This document shows, piece by piece, positions 47,457-57,205 of a stretch of 64,000 bases of DNA. The DNA lies in assembly GCA_965204375.1 (NCBI GenBank), contig OZ241986.1, positions 5,856,001 to 5,920,000 of the forward strand, written 5' to 3'. A program made the translations under genes and the position numbers. Numbering within the stretch: the stretch's first letter is position 1; each line of letters begins with the position of its first letter. The stretch is from Candidatus Latescibacterota bacterium. GTDB lineage: Bacteria; Latescibacterota; UBA2968. The notes under the pieces are model-generated. The model searched no databases, was not told where the DNA came from, and saw only the letters and a program-made list of their open reading frames with translations.

Positions 47457-48902
47457 TTATTTCACTAAACTCGCATACGCTTCTCGTCCCTGGCGGAACA
47501 GGTCTTTGACTTCTTCGCGTTGCTGGTCGGTGTTGTAGCGTCCATAGGTGTCGATCCATTTGAGCGCGTCTTCGATGCCGTTGAGGAAATACTGTGCGGA
47601 TTCGTTGCGCTCGGCAGGTGGACGACCACAGGTAAGATAAACCGGGCTGCTGTGCGCGTAGATCGATTGGTCAAAGCTGTCGCGCTGGTTGCCCCACAGC
47701 CGGGCTGCGACCCAGCCGTCGCGATTGATATTTACCCGATGGCGAATGGCACCCTCGCGTTTACCTTCGGGATAGTTTTCTCTGTGGATGATACGGCCAT
47801 TCATCGCGATTTCAGCGCAGTGAATGGGGTAAAAGGATGTGAATGTGGATTCTATGTCGAGCGAGCCGCCAGAAGGCAATTCGACCGTGGCACCCATGGG
47901 GTGGTCGTTTACGTTTAGATCAATGGCGGGACCATTGGTGATAAAGGTGTTGCCCGATTTCATACCGGCAATCCAGTTTTCGTAGGAGAACGCGCCTTTG
48001 GTGTTGACATAGACGCGGTTGTTGGAGCAGACGAACCAGTCGGTGCCGGTAGAGGCAGGCAAGGCGATGCCGCAGTTGAGCAGTTTATACCACAGGTCGT
48101 ATTCGGGGTCCATCCAGAAGGGGTCGAACAGGTTGAAGGCGTCCAGTTTGCCCAGTGCCGCGGCAATAGGGGCTTCCATACCGCGACCGTTGTGACACCA
48201 TATTACAATGCCGCCTTGATCGCGGGCTTCGTCGCAGCAAAAGCACAGCGGGGGATAGTCGGGGTCGAATTGCGCGGTGAGGATGTGGCCGCGGCTGACG
48301 GGTTGGATGAGGTTGCGGATGTTGAGGAACATGACGTGCCCATATCCGAACCCCCAGGGCGAGTTTTCGCCGTAGTGGCGGTTTTCTTCGCCGATGTCGA
48401 GTACGTGGTGTGCAGTGGTAAATTCGTTCATCACGCCGATGGGATATTTGTTGCTGGCGTAGGGGAGTTGTCTTCTGTCGAGGACGCTTACGACGGTGAC
48501 GTTGTAGCCTTCCACGCTACAGTCAATGGCGAGTCGGTCGTCGGGACGGGTTTCTTTTTCGTCGTAGTGGATGTGCGTGTTGCCCGGATACCAGTTGTTT
48601 TTTTGGGGAATATACCAGCGGTTGAGGGCGATTTCGACGTCTTTGACGCCGTTTTCCGGCATTTCGACTACGGTGCGGATGGGTTCGTATTCCGTGCCGC
48701 GTTCGACCAGTATGTCGGTGCGCCCGCGCGAGGCTTGAACTTCAAATTCGCCATCGCAGAAAAAGAAGGGCGTGCCGGGTCCGCGTTTGAGCATGGCATC
48801 GCGCGGGTGGCAAAAACGACCGTTGGCGGTCAGGACGTGTACTTTGGCGTTGATGTGTTCGCCTGTCGCGCTGTCGATAATATGTCCGTGCAGGGTGCCC
48901 AT
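47457..48902 (-). CDS. CehA/McbA-family PHP-like metallohydrolase
   Basis: VERGTEY, WYPGNTHIH, GEE..GH, WCH, WYKLLNCG....STGTD, TFITNGP, AHSSP. Confidence 0.8.
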   Translation of the reverse strand: MGTLHGHIIDSATGEHINAKVHVLTANGRFCHPRDAMLKRGPGTPFFFCDGEFEVQASRGRTDILVERGTEYEPIRTVVEMPENGVKDVEIALNRWYIPQKNNWYPGNTHIHYDEKETRPDDRLAIDCSVEGYNVTVVSVLDRRQLPYASNKYPIGVMNEFTTAHHVLDIGEENRHYGENSPWGFGYGHVMFLNIRNLIQPVSRGHILTAQFDPDYPPLCFCCDEARDQGGIVIWCHNGRGMEAPIAAALGKLDAFNLFDPFWMDPEYDLWYKLLNCGIALPASTGTDWFVCSNNRVYVNTKGAFSYENWIAGMKSGNTFITNGPAIDLNVNDHPMGATVELPSGGSLDIESTFTSFYPIHCAEIAMNGRIIHRENYPEGKREGAIRHRVNINRDGWVAARLWGNQRDSFDQSIYAHSSPVYLTCGRPPAERNESAQYFLNGIEDALKWIDTYGRYNTDQQREEVKDLFRQGREAYASLVK

Positions 48903-49000
48903 CGTACGCTCCGGTTATTCGAGATGTTTCTGCAATAGCGTTTCGAGAATTCGATCAAATATTCCTTGCAGCCCCTCTCAGAGCCACAAGGAACGCCTGA

Positions 49001-49420
49001 TTATAAGTCGAGCTTGTCTGCAAATGCCAGCATTTTTGCTTCAACCTCCTGGGCAATCGGTTGTAGTGTTTCCTGGTCGATCTCGATTTGCTGTATCCTT
49101 TCATCCAAATTTGTCGTGAGACAAAAACGCAGGTTGTGTGTCAAGTCGTGCATCGCGTGCTCAATATGGTCTCGAACCGTTCCGGGAGGGTACATCCATT
49201 GCCTTGCCCGGGTCTGTTTCAGGTTGATGTGGCAGTGACCTTTCCCGCCGTGTTTTTTTGCCTCTCCAAAGCAGTCCAGACGCAAAACTTCCTGATTGTA
49301 TGCATAAACAGATGCTGCGGGTCCGTAACCCGCGCGGTCGTTCCGCCAATAGACTTCCAATCGCACATCGTCTTGTATCGGATATGTCGTCCGATCTTGT
49401 CTGCCTGGTTGTGTATCCAT
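49001..49420 (-). CDS. Hypothetical protein
   Basis: AAGGAG RBS; EVLRLDCF...GHCH motif. Confidence 0.7.
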   Translation of the reverse strand: MDTQPGRQDRTTYPIQDDVRLEVYWRNDRAGYGPAASVYAYNQEVLRLDCFGEAKKHGGKGHCHINLKQTRARQWMYPPGTVRDHIEHAMHDLTHNLRFCLTTNLDERIQQIEIDQETLQPIAQEVEAKMLAFADKLDL

Positions 49421-49491
49421 GACAGTTCTCCTTTATTTTGGCCCGTTATGGCCTGTGAGCAGCTTGGTGGATGACGTATTGCTCCTTGAGC

Positions 49492-49592
49492 TTGTCATTG
49501 CGGCAGGGTTTTAGCCGCAATCCAGAAGGTTTTGGGGACTATTGCGGCACGGTGTTGAACCGCCACGCCGCAGGCACGACGAAGTAATCCAC
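49492..49592. repeat. Repeat family R1, tandem short + long copies
   Basis: TTGTCATTGCGGCAGGGTTTTAGCCGCAATCCAGAAGGTTTT then ATTGCGGC..ACCGC[CACGCCGCAGGCACGACGAAGT]AATCCAC. Confidence 0.85.
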
Positions 49593-49624
49593 GATGTATC
49601 AGATTTTGAACATGTCAATGTATT

Positions 49625-50188
49625 TCATGAAGTAATTGCATGTTCTGAGAGTTTGCCGACAAATTCATCGGACGGCAAAATTTCGACCTCATCGACAATG
49701 TTGGGTGATAAAACACCTTTCAGTTCATTGGATAAAGGATCTTTCAGATTGCGAAAAAATCTTGCGTCCCTTGTCGAATACCTGCCACTAACCACGATCC
49801 AGAACTTGTAATTTTTTGCTTCCAGAAGTTCTTTCGCGTCTTCGCATACCGCAGATAGGCGACATAATACGAGCATTGATCCATAAGCTTTTAGTCGATT
49901 TTCTTGACGGATGTACCTGTCGATAAATTGCTTTTGATCGGTGCTTTCGAGATAATGATATTCGTTTTGCAAATTCCTGTGCTGATCTATGAGCCTGGTT
50001 TCTTCGATCAAGATAATAGTATCGTCCTTGCTGAGCAGGAAATAATCACAGCAATTACAAGGACCTAAACCAACATCTTTCCGCATATCAGGTTGCGGCG
50101 ATTCGCCATCCATGCGGTATGCACGGTGGTCTTTAAGAGGTGTACCAGCAAGTTCAATCGGTTCCAGGAATTTTTCGAGGTCAATCAT
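49625..50188 (-). CDS. Uncharacterised partner of ATPase, possibly divergent PD-(D/E)xK fold
   Basis: CCDYFL...IILIEET, K..GS motif; ATGA overlap with ATPase stop. Confidence 0.55.
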   Translation of the reverse strand: MIDLEKFLEPIELAGTPLKDHRAYRMDGESPQPDMRKDVGLGPCNCCDYFLLSKDDTIILIEETRLIDQHRNLQNEYHYLESTDQKQFIDRYIRQENRLKAYGSMLVLCRLSAVCEDAKELLEAKNYKFWIVVSGRYSTRDARFFRNLKDPLSNELKGVLSPNIVDEVEILPSDEFVGKLSEHAITS

Positions 50189-51567
50189 ATCCCCTCAATG
50201 TACAGATCAGAGAAGGGCTTGGTCAATTCATGCATAATCTTTCCCATCTTCGTTTCAAAATCCTCTTCAGCTTTATCTTTTTTGACAGGAAATTGGTTGA
50301 GTGCAATTAGTTGTTCATCGTCCGGGTTCTTCTTTACATGAACGTCCAGCCATTGGAGGATATCTGCGCTGTGCGTGGCAATCACGACGTTTACGCCTTG
50401 GCGGGACAACTCAAAGAGACTTTCTGCCATGACGACCTGCCAGGCTGGATGCAGGTGTGCTTCTGGCTCATCAATAAAGAGAAATGTCCCTTTATCCAGT
50501 ACCTTGCGCTCAATCAACAATGCCAGGATGCCGAGATTAGCGATTCCCATCGCGGTGACAGGCAATGAGAAATTGCGACCATTTTCTTGGAAGGATAAAT
50601 TGCTAGTTTCGGAAATTGCAATCTTTCCCCCCATGACATTTTTTCCAGTCAGCTTTGCATATACATTCGGGAAGGCCATGGCCCCGGTGTATTCAAACTT
50701 CAATGCGCTTGCAAGATCATAAAAATATCCCGGAACACCACTGAGTGTTCCCCTGCCGTATCGCTGTTGAACGTAATCCTTGGTGTTTTCCAACGAGGTT
50801 TTCAATTTCCAGTAAACTGGTGATTCCAGATAGATTACTCTGGAGTACTGTTGCAATTGCTTTACCCAGGATCTATCTATTGCGAATCCGATCCTCTCGT
50901 CCGCGAATGAGATTTTTCCAAAGTTCTCAACCACGACCTCTGATGGTGTTCCTTCTTTCCTTCTTAGATCAGAAACAATTGAAACTTGAAAGTTCTGAAT
51001 CAGATTTTGTGAAAGTTCATAATCTATACCTGCAATAAGAAAATTTTCCGCTTTTGTTTGGTGAAGTTCCTTTTTTACCTTGATCAATGAATTTGTCAGT
51101 CTATCCAGGTCTCTCTGTCTCCTCTCTGCACTTTTTTTTGTAGAACCTTGCGGGATCTCAGCGGCTATTTGTTCCATTTGTTCCATTTGGCTGATAAGGT
51201 CAGGAATAATATCTTCTAAAACGATATCCTCGCTCTCGAACTCTTCAATGGAAGCCTTCTTTACAAGAGCTTCTAATTTTTCAGCTCCATTTTGCATTGA
51301 AGACTGCCACGAGAACATAGCCTTATCAGAAAGCTCCTCTGGGTACAGCCTCATCGACATCATTATGTAATCATAAACTGGCCTGAACAGATTGTTTAGA
51401 TATGTCTCGACATGGTTCGCGTTCATTGCGTTAAATAGCGAATACAGGAGTTTGGAGACAAAGCTCTTTCCCGTATTATTTGGTCCTGCAAATACAGTGA
51501 ACTGGCCGATGCAGACTTCCACATCTTCGAGTTTGCCGATATTTTTGATTTTTACTTTGAAAGCCAT
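50185..51567 (-). CDS. ABC-type (AAA_15/AAA_21-like) ATPase
   Basis: IKNIGKL, GPNNTGKS, TAMGI, LFIDEPEAHLHP.WQ, ATHS. Confidence 0.88.
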   Translation of the reverse strand: MAFKVKIKNIGKLEDVEVCIGQFTVFAGPNNTGKSFVSKLLYSLFNAMNANHVETYLNNLFRPVYDYIMMSMRLYPEELSDKAMFSWQSSMQNGAEKLEALVKKASIEEFESEDIVLEDIIPDLISQMEQMEQIAAEIPQGSTKKSAERRQRDLDRLTNSLIKVKKELHQTKAENFLIAGIDYELSQNLIQNFQVSIVSDLRRKEGTPSEVVVENFGKISFADERIGFAIDRSWVKQLQQYSRVIYLESPVYWKLKTSLENTKDYVQQRYGRGTLSGVPGYFYDLASALKFEYTGAMAFPNVYAKLTGKNVMGGKIAISETSNLSFQENGRNFSLPVTAMGIANLGILALLIERKVLDKGTFLFIDEPEAHLHPAWQVVMAESLFELSRQGVNVVIATHSADILQWLDVHVKKNPDDEQLIALNQFPVKKDKAEEDFETKMGKIMHELTKPFSDLYIEGI

Positions 51568-51724
51568 GGCAAGTTTGATTGATAAGTTGGATGCAGGCTT
51601 TGTGGTGTTTGTTCAGGGCATCGCCAAAATCCCATAAAGTTAAGATACATATCTTAGGATAAAAAGAAAAGTCCCGCTTTTACCATTGTTTTTTGTGGCG
51701 GGGCGTTCTGTATTTATCCACAGG

Positions 51725-53299
51725 CTATTGATTATCTATCTGGGAGCGAACTATGCATTCTATGTGATCGACGATGATATCCTCTTCGATATTTTCCGCA
51801 GATTTTGAGATGGTCAGGCCCAGGTGGTTGTCGCCATAAATAAATGGCGGGTTTGATAGGGCGATTGTACACGATGGAGGTTGGTCATCATCGGGCCATG
51901 TCCATGTCAGGTTTTGAGATGGGATTTTTGTGCCGTTGATGTCAACTGTGAGTGCGTCGTCTTTTGACAAGCCCTGTGTAAAGAAGGTCAGGATGTTTTC
52001 TGAGGGAATGGGTTCTGAGGGGAGATGTTCACACAGGCGAAATCTGAAGGTGTCTCGTTGTCCCGTTTTTTGGCGGGAGAGGACGAGTTCTTCTTTGATA
52101 TAGACCTCGCCCAAACTTTTGCTATTTGCCCAGAGTGAACGGAATGTGTAGTGTCGATCTGGGCCGATGCTTTGCGGGTTTTTTAATTCTACGAGGTCGT
52201 TCATCGCCGCTGGATACATTGCGGGGTTTTTTGCACCATTAGTTCCCGGGGGTTCAAACTGGGGTCCCCAGTGAAAGAAGTAATTCTGGGTCGAGAAGCC
52301 GTCGGCTCCTGCGGCATAGAAGTTTTGCAATGCGGCGCGGTATTGGGGCATGTCCATGAGAAATTCTGTATCTATACTGAGTCTGGGTTGTACCTGGGGA
52401 TAGACATAACAGTTGTGTTGCCGGGCTATTGATACAAAGTCTTCGTATTTTTCGTTGAAATCGGTGAATCCAAAATCTCCAGGTGCAACATAGTCGATCA
52501 GGCCCTCTTTGATCCAGGTGGGTACGTCTAAGCTCAGATTTTTACAGCCCGCCATTTGCTGGGGTACGCGAACGCCGAGGATGAGGTTTCGGTCTCTACC
52601 TTTTGGGGAATGGGCATTGTCCAGCATGTTGCGGACTTGTCGGATAAAGCCGTTCATGGTGCTGTGGCTGTGTGATAGTTCAGCTCTGGGAAAACATTCT
52701 GCAAGGCGGGTGAAGTTAAATTCCATGCCGTCGATGTCGAAGCGGTTGGCGACTTCTTCCATGATGTCGAGGAGAAAGGCGCGCACTTCTGGTATGGCGT
52801 AGTTTAAGGAGCATCCGTATTTGCGGCTTTCGGGCGGTGCGCGTCTGGTGGAGGGTTTGTATTCTCTGAGTACCCATTCGGGTTTTTCGTCGCAGAGTTT
52901 TTTGAAGAATTCTGTGTGGTGGCCGTGGCGGTCGTTCATTCGAAAACCAGCGATAAATTCCAGGCCCTGCTTATGGCATTCGTCGATATAGACTTCGACG
53001 GGCATAATCCCGCTGTCCATTATGGGTATCAGGCGCTGGTGCTGGTGCCGGATGTCGTAAGGGCATTTGTCGGTTCGCCAGAACATGGTCATTGCTTCGG
53101 CGAAGATTTCCTGTACGAGGGTGTCGATACTTCCCGCAGAGGCGTAATTGCGAACGATCTGACGCAGTTCTTCGGGTTTGGCCGCGGGGACACTGAAGTG
53201 GCTGGTGGTGTTTGAAGGGTCGCTGACGTAGATGAGACGGCGCGTGCCACGGGGTTGAAAGCGGCCCAGGTGCGGGGATGATGTTTGTGAAGTTGGCAT
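51725..53299 (-). CDS. Glycoside-hydrolase-like TIM barrel (GHL10/DUF187-like)
   Basis: FRMND.H, LNYAIPEVR, E...RFDIDGMEFNF.R, DV.TWIKEGLIDY, GADG. Confidence 0.7.
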   Translation of the reverse strand: MPTSQTSSPHLGRFQPRGTRRLIYVSDPSNTTSHFSVPAAKPEELRQIVRNYASAGSIDTLVQEIFAEAMTMFWRTDKCPYDIRHQHQRLIPIMDSGIMPVEVYIDECHKQGLEFIAGFRMNDRHGHHTEFFKKLCDEKPEWVLREYKPSTRRAPPESRKYGCSLNYAIPEVRAFLLDIMEEVANRFDIDGMEFNFTRLAECFPRAELSHSHSTMNGFIRQVRNMLDNAHSPKGRDRNLILGVRVPQQMAGCKNLSLDVPTWIKEGLIDYVAPGDFGFTDFNEKYEDFVSIARQHNCYVYPQVQPRLSIDTEFLMDMPQYRAALQNFYAAGADGFSTQNYFFHWGPQFEPPGTNGAKNPAMYPAAMNDLVELKNPQSIGPDRHYTFRSLWANSKSLGEVYIKEELVLSRQKTGQRDTFRFRLCEHLPSEPIPSENILTFFTQGLSKDDALTVDINGTKIPSQNLTWTWPDDDQPPSCTIALSNPPFIYGDNHLGLTISKSAENIEEDIIVDHIECIVRSQIDNQ

Positions 53300-53320
53300 T
53301 TGGTCCGTCCTTGTTCGCGT

Positions 53321-53761
53321 TTATGGTGGGGCTGTGCGTTGCGGTTGCGCGCCATCGGGCAGGGGAGGAACGTCGATGCCTGCCTTCGGCAGGGTGCCGG
53401 TCATTTCCTGCTGCGGGTGTGCAATAAAGCCCGCAGCACAGCAGTAGATCATTTTCAGGGGTACGTCGCCCGTGTTGGTGAGTTGATGATATTCTCCCGG
53501 GGGTATGTACACGGCCTGACCGGCTTTCAGAGTTTGTCTTTCGGTTCCAAGACACATTTCGCCTTCGCCTTCGATGACGAAGTAGATTTCTTCTTGTGCC
53601 TGATTGTGCCAGGGCACCTGTCCCCCGTTGGGTTCGAAGGTGACGAATCCAACGGAGAATTCCTCTGTGGGGATAGGGGTGCCAGCACCTGCAACAGGCT
53701 GTGTTCTTCTGCGTGCGGGAAATTGTCGGCCTTCAATCTCGCGCAGGTCTGAGATGATCAT
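53321..53761 (-). CDS. Cupin domain protein
   Basis: GGQVPWHNQ.QEEIYFVIEGEG; YIPPGEYHQLTN. Confidence 0.85.
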   Translation of the reverse strand: MIISDLREIEGRQFPARRRTQPVAGAGTPIPTEEFSVGFVTFEPNGGQVPWHNQAQEEIYFVIEGEGEMCLGTERQTLKAGQAVYIPPGEYHQLTNTGDVPLKMIYCCAAGFIAHPQQEMTGTLPKAGIDVPPLPDGAQPQRTAPP

Positions 53762-53772
53762 GTTGGGATCCT

Positions 53773-54363
53773 TTAATCGGCTGCGACTGTTTCGCGGGTT
53801 TTCATTCTTTCTCGTTCTTCGATGAGCAGGTTCATCCAGTGTTTCATGTACTGTCCGTGGTCGTTCCACACGCGGCCGCTGACCAGATTGCCATCGATGA
53901 CGCACGGTTCATCGACGAAGATGCCGCCGCAGACTTCGAGGTCAAATTGGCATTTCCAAACGCAGGCCATGCGACGTCCTTTGACTACGCCTGCGCGACA
54001 CGGGATTTCAACGCCGTGACAGACGCTGGCAACGGGTTTGTTGTGTTCAAAGAAATAGCGCGTGATGCGGATGAGGTCGGGGTCGTCGCGGATGTATTCG
54101 GGGGCGCGTCCACCAGAGAAGAAGATGCCGACGTATTCGGAGGGGTCAACGTCTCGAAAGGCGATGTCGGCGTTGATCGAATACCCTTTCCATTCTTCGG
54201 TGATGTCCCAGCCGGGAGAGATTTCGTGGAGTACCATTTGATAGCGCCGCTTGTCTGGTCCCGCGACAACGGGGGTGAAGCCGTCTTCCTGTATTCTGAG
54301 AAATGGGTATAGCGTATCGACGGTTTCTGTGGCGTCTCCAACGATGATGAGTACTTTGTCCAT
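53773..54363 (-). CDS. DJ-1/PfpI family protein
   Basis: GDATE, SGGRAPEYIR, SVCHG, DGNLVSGR.W.D. Confidence 0.9.
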   Translation of the reverse strand: MDKVLIIVGDATETVDTLYPFLRIQEDGFTPVVAGPDKRRYQMVLHEISPGWDITEEWKGYSINADIAFRDVDPSEYVGIFFSGGRAPEYIRDDPDLIRITRYFFEHNKPVASVCHGVEIPCRAGVVKGRRMACVWKCQFDLEVCGGIFVDEPCVIDGNLVSGRVWNDHGQYMKHWMNLLIEERERMKTRETVAAD

Positions 54364-54377
54364 GACGGTCTCCTTTG

Positions 54378-54856
54378 TTAAATATCGACGAGGATGGTTT
54401 TATGCTCCTGAGCAGATCGCATAATGGCGTCGGCGGTTGCAACATATTTTCTGCCCTGTTCAGGTGTGACGATGAGGGAGGCTTCGCCTCTGATTGCAGC
54501 GAAAATATTTCGATAAAAGGGGCGGCTTTGCAAGTGAAATTTGGGTGGGTCCGGGATCTTTTGTATTTCCTTTTCTTTGCCGTCCATTCTTTTGTGGAGC
54601 CAGTGTTCGTGGTTTCGATCGATCATTACCATGAGGTCGCCTTTTTCACAGGCGATGTGAAAGCGAGGAAATGCGCGAGAAATTTGTCGATGTCGCGATA
54701 GCCCTCACAGCCGTATTCGCTTTTGGCATGTGCGAGGCGTTCTTCTCGGGTATCGCAAACCGCAATCAATTCGCATTCTTCCATTCCCGATAAACACGGG
54801 GCGTGCAGATTTTCTGCAATGGCTCCCCAACCGATAATTCCAGTGCCAATACGCAT
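54378..54856 (-). pseudogene. Gfo/Idh/MocA oxidoreductase with central deletion
   Basis: N-terminus MRIGTGIIGWGAIAENLH...IDKFLA joined out of frame (near 54675) to C-terminal PRFHIACEKG...FYRNIFAAIRG..LIVTPEQG..AIMRSA. Confidence 0.8.
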
Positions 54857-54952
54857 GGTTGCCTCTGAATTTGTGCTTTTGCGGGATTCCTATCGGGTAA
54901 ATTAGCCCCTTAAAAATAGAAATCAAACTATTTTTTTTCAATGTTATAACAT

Positions 54953-54989
54953 AAAAAAAGCGACCAGGGGCAAAAGCCCAGGGTCGCTT
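54953..54989 (-). terminator. Rho-independent terminator of ino1 (second hairpin at 55005-55034)
   Basis: AAGCGACC...GGTCGCTT stem with an A-tract on + (U-tract on -). Confidence 0.75.
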
Positions 54990-55047
54990 AGAATATAAGA
55001 TAAACACAGTGCCTGCCAAATGGCAAGCACTGTGCGGGAGAGAGGTT

Positions 55048-56133
55048 TTACTCTTTCAAGCCGTACTGGCGAATAAAATCACTCGTCATTTCGCGTGCTT
55101 GATCGTCGCTGAATTGTTTGGGAGGTGATTTCATCAGGTAAGACGAGGGTCCCATCAAGGGGCCTTTGAGGCCGTGGTTGAGGGCGAGTTTGCAGAGCCT
55201 GACTGCGTCGATGACCACGCCCGCTGAGTTCGGTGAGTCCCAGACTTCGAGTTTGAGCTCCAGGTTGAGTGGTACGCCGCCAAAGGTTTCGCCTTCCATG
55301 CGGATATGACACCATTTGCGGTCTTCCAGCCAGGGGATGTGATCGCTGGGGCCAACGTGGATATTGTCTTTGCCCAGGTCGTAGTCGAGCTGAGAGGTGA
55401 CGGCCTGTGTTTTGGAGATTTTTTTGGATTCTAAGCGTTCGCGTTCGAGCATGTTGTAAAAGTCGGTGTTGCCACCAAAATTGAGTTGATACGTTTTACT
55501 GAGTTTGACGCCGCGTTCGCGGAACAGGCGGGTGAGCACGCGGTGGGTGATGGTGGCACCGACCTGTGACTTGATGTCGTCTCCGATGAGGGGTAAGCCG
55601 CGTTTTTCAAAGCGCTCGGGCCAGTGTCCGGCACTGGCGATAAAGACGGGCATGCAGTTGACGAAGGCACACCCGGCTTGCAGGACTTGTTCTACATACC
55701 ACTTGGTGGCCTGTTCGCTGCCTACGGGCAGGTAATTGACGACGACGTCTGTGCGCGTGGCTTTGAGGATTTCGGCAATATCATCGGTGTCGCCTTCGGC
55801 TTTTGTGATGACTTGATCGAGGTATTTGCCCAGGCCATCGTGGGTCATGCCGCGGTAAACGGGAACGTCGAGGTGGGGGACATCGGCAAATTTGATGGTG
55901 TTGTTGGGATGTGCAAAGATGGCTTCGCTCAAGTCTTTGCCTACTTTTTCCGCATTGACGTCAAAGGCAGCAGAAAATTCAATGTCGCGGATGTGATAGC
56001 CGCCCAGGTTGGGGTGCATCAATCCGGGGATGAAATCATCTTCAGAAGCGTTTTTGTAGTATTCGATGCCCTGTACAAGGGAGGATGCACAGTTGCCTGC
56101 GCCGATGATGGCGACTCGGACTTTGGAGGACAT
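55048..56133 (-). CDS. ino1: myo-inositol-1-phosphate synthase
   Basis: [59 protein letters not shown]. Confidence 0.95.
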   Translation of the reverse strand: MSSKVRVAIIGAGNCASSLVQGIEYYKNASEDDFIPGLMHPNLGGYHIRDIEFSAAFDVNAEKVGKDLSEAIFAHPNNTIKFADVPHLDVPVYRGMTHDGLGKYLDQVITKAEGDTDDIAEILKATRTDVVVNYLPVGSEQATKWYVEQVLQAGCAFVNCMPVFIASAGHWPERFEKRGLPLIGDDIKSQVGATITHRVLTRLFRERGVKLSKTYQLNFGGNTDFYNMLERERLESKKISKTQAVTSQLDYDLGKDNIHVGPSDHIPWLEDRKWCHIRMEGETFGGVPLNLELKLEVWDSPNSAGVVIDAVRLCKLALNHGLKGPLMGPSSYLMKSPPKQFSDDQAREMTSDFIRQYGLKE

Positions 56134-56171
56134 GTGTTTCTCCTTAAAGAGAAAGGTGTTTAAGGTATTGT

Positions 56172-56244
56172 CGGACAAAATGTCTGTGATTTTTTCTTAT
56201 TAGACAAATCAATAATTGCTATATTATTTATAGACAAAATCTAT
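56172..56244. promoter_or_regulatory. Divergent ino1/LysR promoter with candidate LysR operator
   Basis: Palindrome ATAGA-CAAAA-TCTAT (56230-56244, T-N11-A); GACAAA(A)T repeated at about 56174, 56203, 56233. Confidence 0.55.
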
Positions 56245-56271
56245 AGATTGTGTTTTGAATTGGAGCGAGAT

Positions 56272-57195
56272 ATGAATCTTTATCATTTGCGCTATTTTTT
56301 GTCTGTTGCACAGACCGGGAGTTTTAGCCAGGCAGCACGGGAGATGCATGTGACTCAGCCAACGGTGAGCAGTGGTATTGCCGAATTGGAAAAAACAATG
56401 GGGGTGAGGCTTTTTAACCGGGGTGGTAAGCGCGTGGCGCTGACGATGGAAGGGCGCACGCTGGTGAATTATGCGATGCAGATCCAGGATCTGGTCGAAG
56501 AGGTAGAAGACCACTTGCAGCGGCGCGATGTGTTGCCTGGGGAGGGGTTTCAGTTTGGCGCAATTGATGCGGCTGTGACGTATTTGTTGCCGGATATTTT
56601 GAAGGATTACAGGCGTGTTTATCCCGATGTTTCTCTGTCTGCACAGGTGGCGCCGTCGCGTTATCTGGTGGATGATCTGCTGATGAATCGCTCTGAGTTT
56701 GCGGTTATTTCACTGCCTTATGATCATCCGCGCGTGGAGACGGTGTCGATTTATCGAGATTCTATGCCGCTTGTGGTGGGGGCATCTCATCCTTTTGCTG
56801 TGCGAAAAAGCGCGACTTTGCAAGAGGTGGTGCAAGAGCCTTTGATCCTGTTTCACACGGATTCTATATCGCGCAAAATTGTGGATGAGCGATTCGCAGA
56901 AGCAGGCGTGTCTCCCGGCGTGGTGATGGAGATGCGAAGCCCAGAGGCAATGCGAAAGCTGGTGGAAGTTGGTGTTGGGATTTCTTTTTTGTCTATGCTA
57001 ACTGTGCAGGAATCCCTGGATGTCGGGGCGTTAAAGGTGGTGGATGTGGAAGGGGTGGCATTTAGCCGCGAGATCGGCGTGGCGTGGAGGCGTGGACGCT
57101 ATTTTAGTGCGGCGATTCGCCATTTGATTGAGGCGATTTTTGAAGCATACCAGGGGCTGGATATCTGGCAAAAGAAGGTGGGGAGTGCAAAGTGA
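56272..57195 (+). CDS. LysR family transcriptional regulator
   Basis: LRYFLSVAQTGSFSQAAREMHVTQPTVSSGIAELE...LFNR..LTMEG; V..GVGISF. Confidence 0.95.
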   Translation: MNLYHLRYFLSVAQTGSFSQAAREMHVTQPTVSSGIAELEKTMGVRLFNRGGKRVALTMEGRTLVNYAMQIQDLVEEVEDHLQRRDVLPGEGFQFGAIDAAVTYLLPDILKDYRRVYPDVSLSAQVAPSRYLVDDLLMNRSEFAVISLPYDHPRVETVSIYRDSMPLVVGASHPFAVRKSATLQEVVQEPLILFHTDSISRKIVDERFAEAGVSPGVVMEMRSPEAMRKLVEVGVGISFLSMLTVQESLDVGALKVVDVEGVAFSREIGVAWRRGRYFSAAIRHLIEAIFEAYQGLDIWQKKVGSAK

Positions 57196-57205
57196 GTGGC
57201 GTATG

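Noticed and set aside
12112-49592. R1 repeats as integron attC sites
   Set aside because: No RYYYAAC/GTTRRRY core boxes and no integron integrase in the window; kept only as a generic structured repeat
53762-53905. Long N-terminal extension of the cupin ORF
   Set aside because: Overlaps the DJ-1/PfpI gene end; the cupin starts at ATG 53761 after AAAGGA
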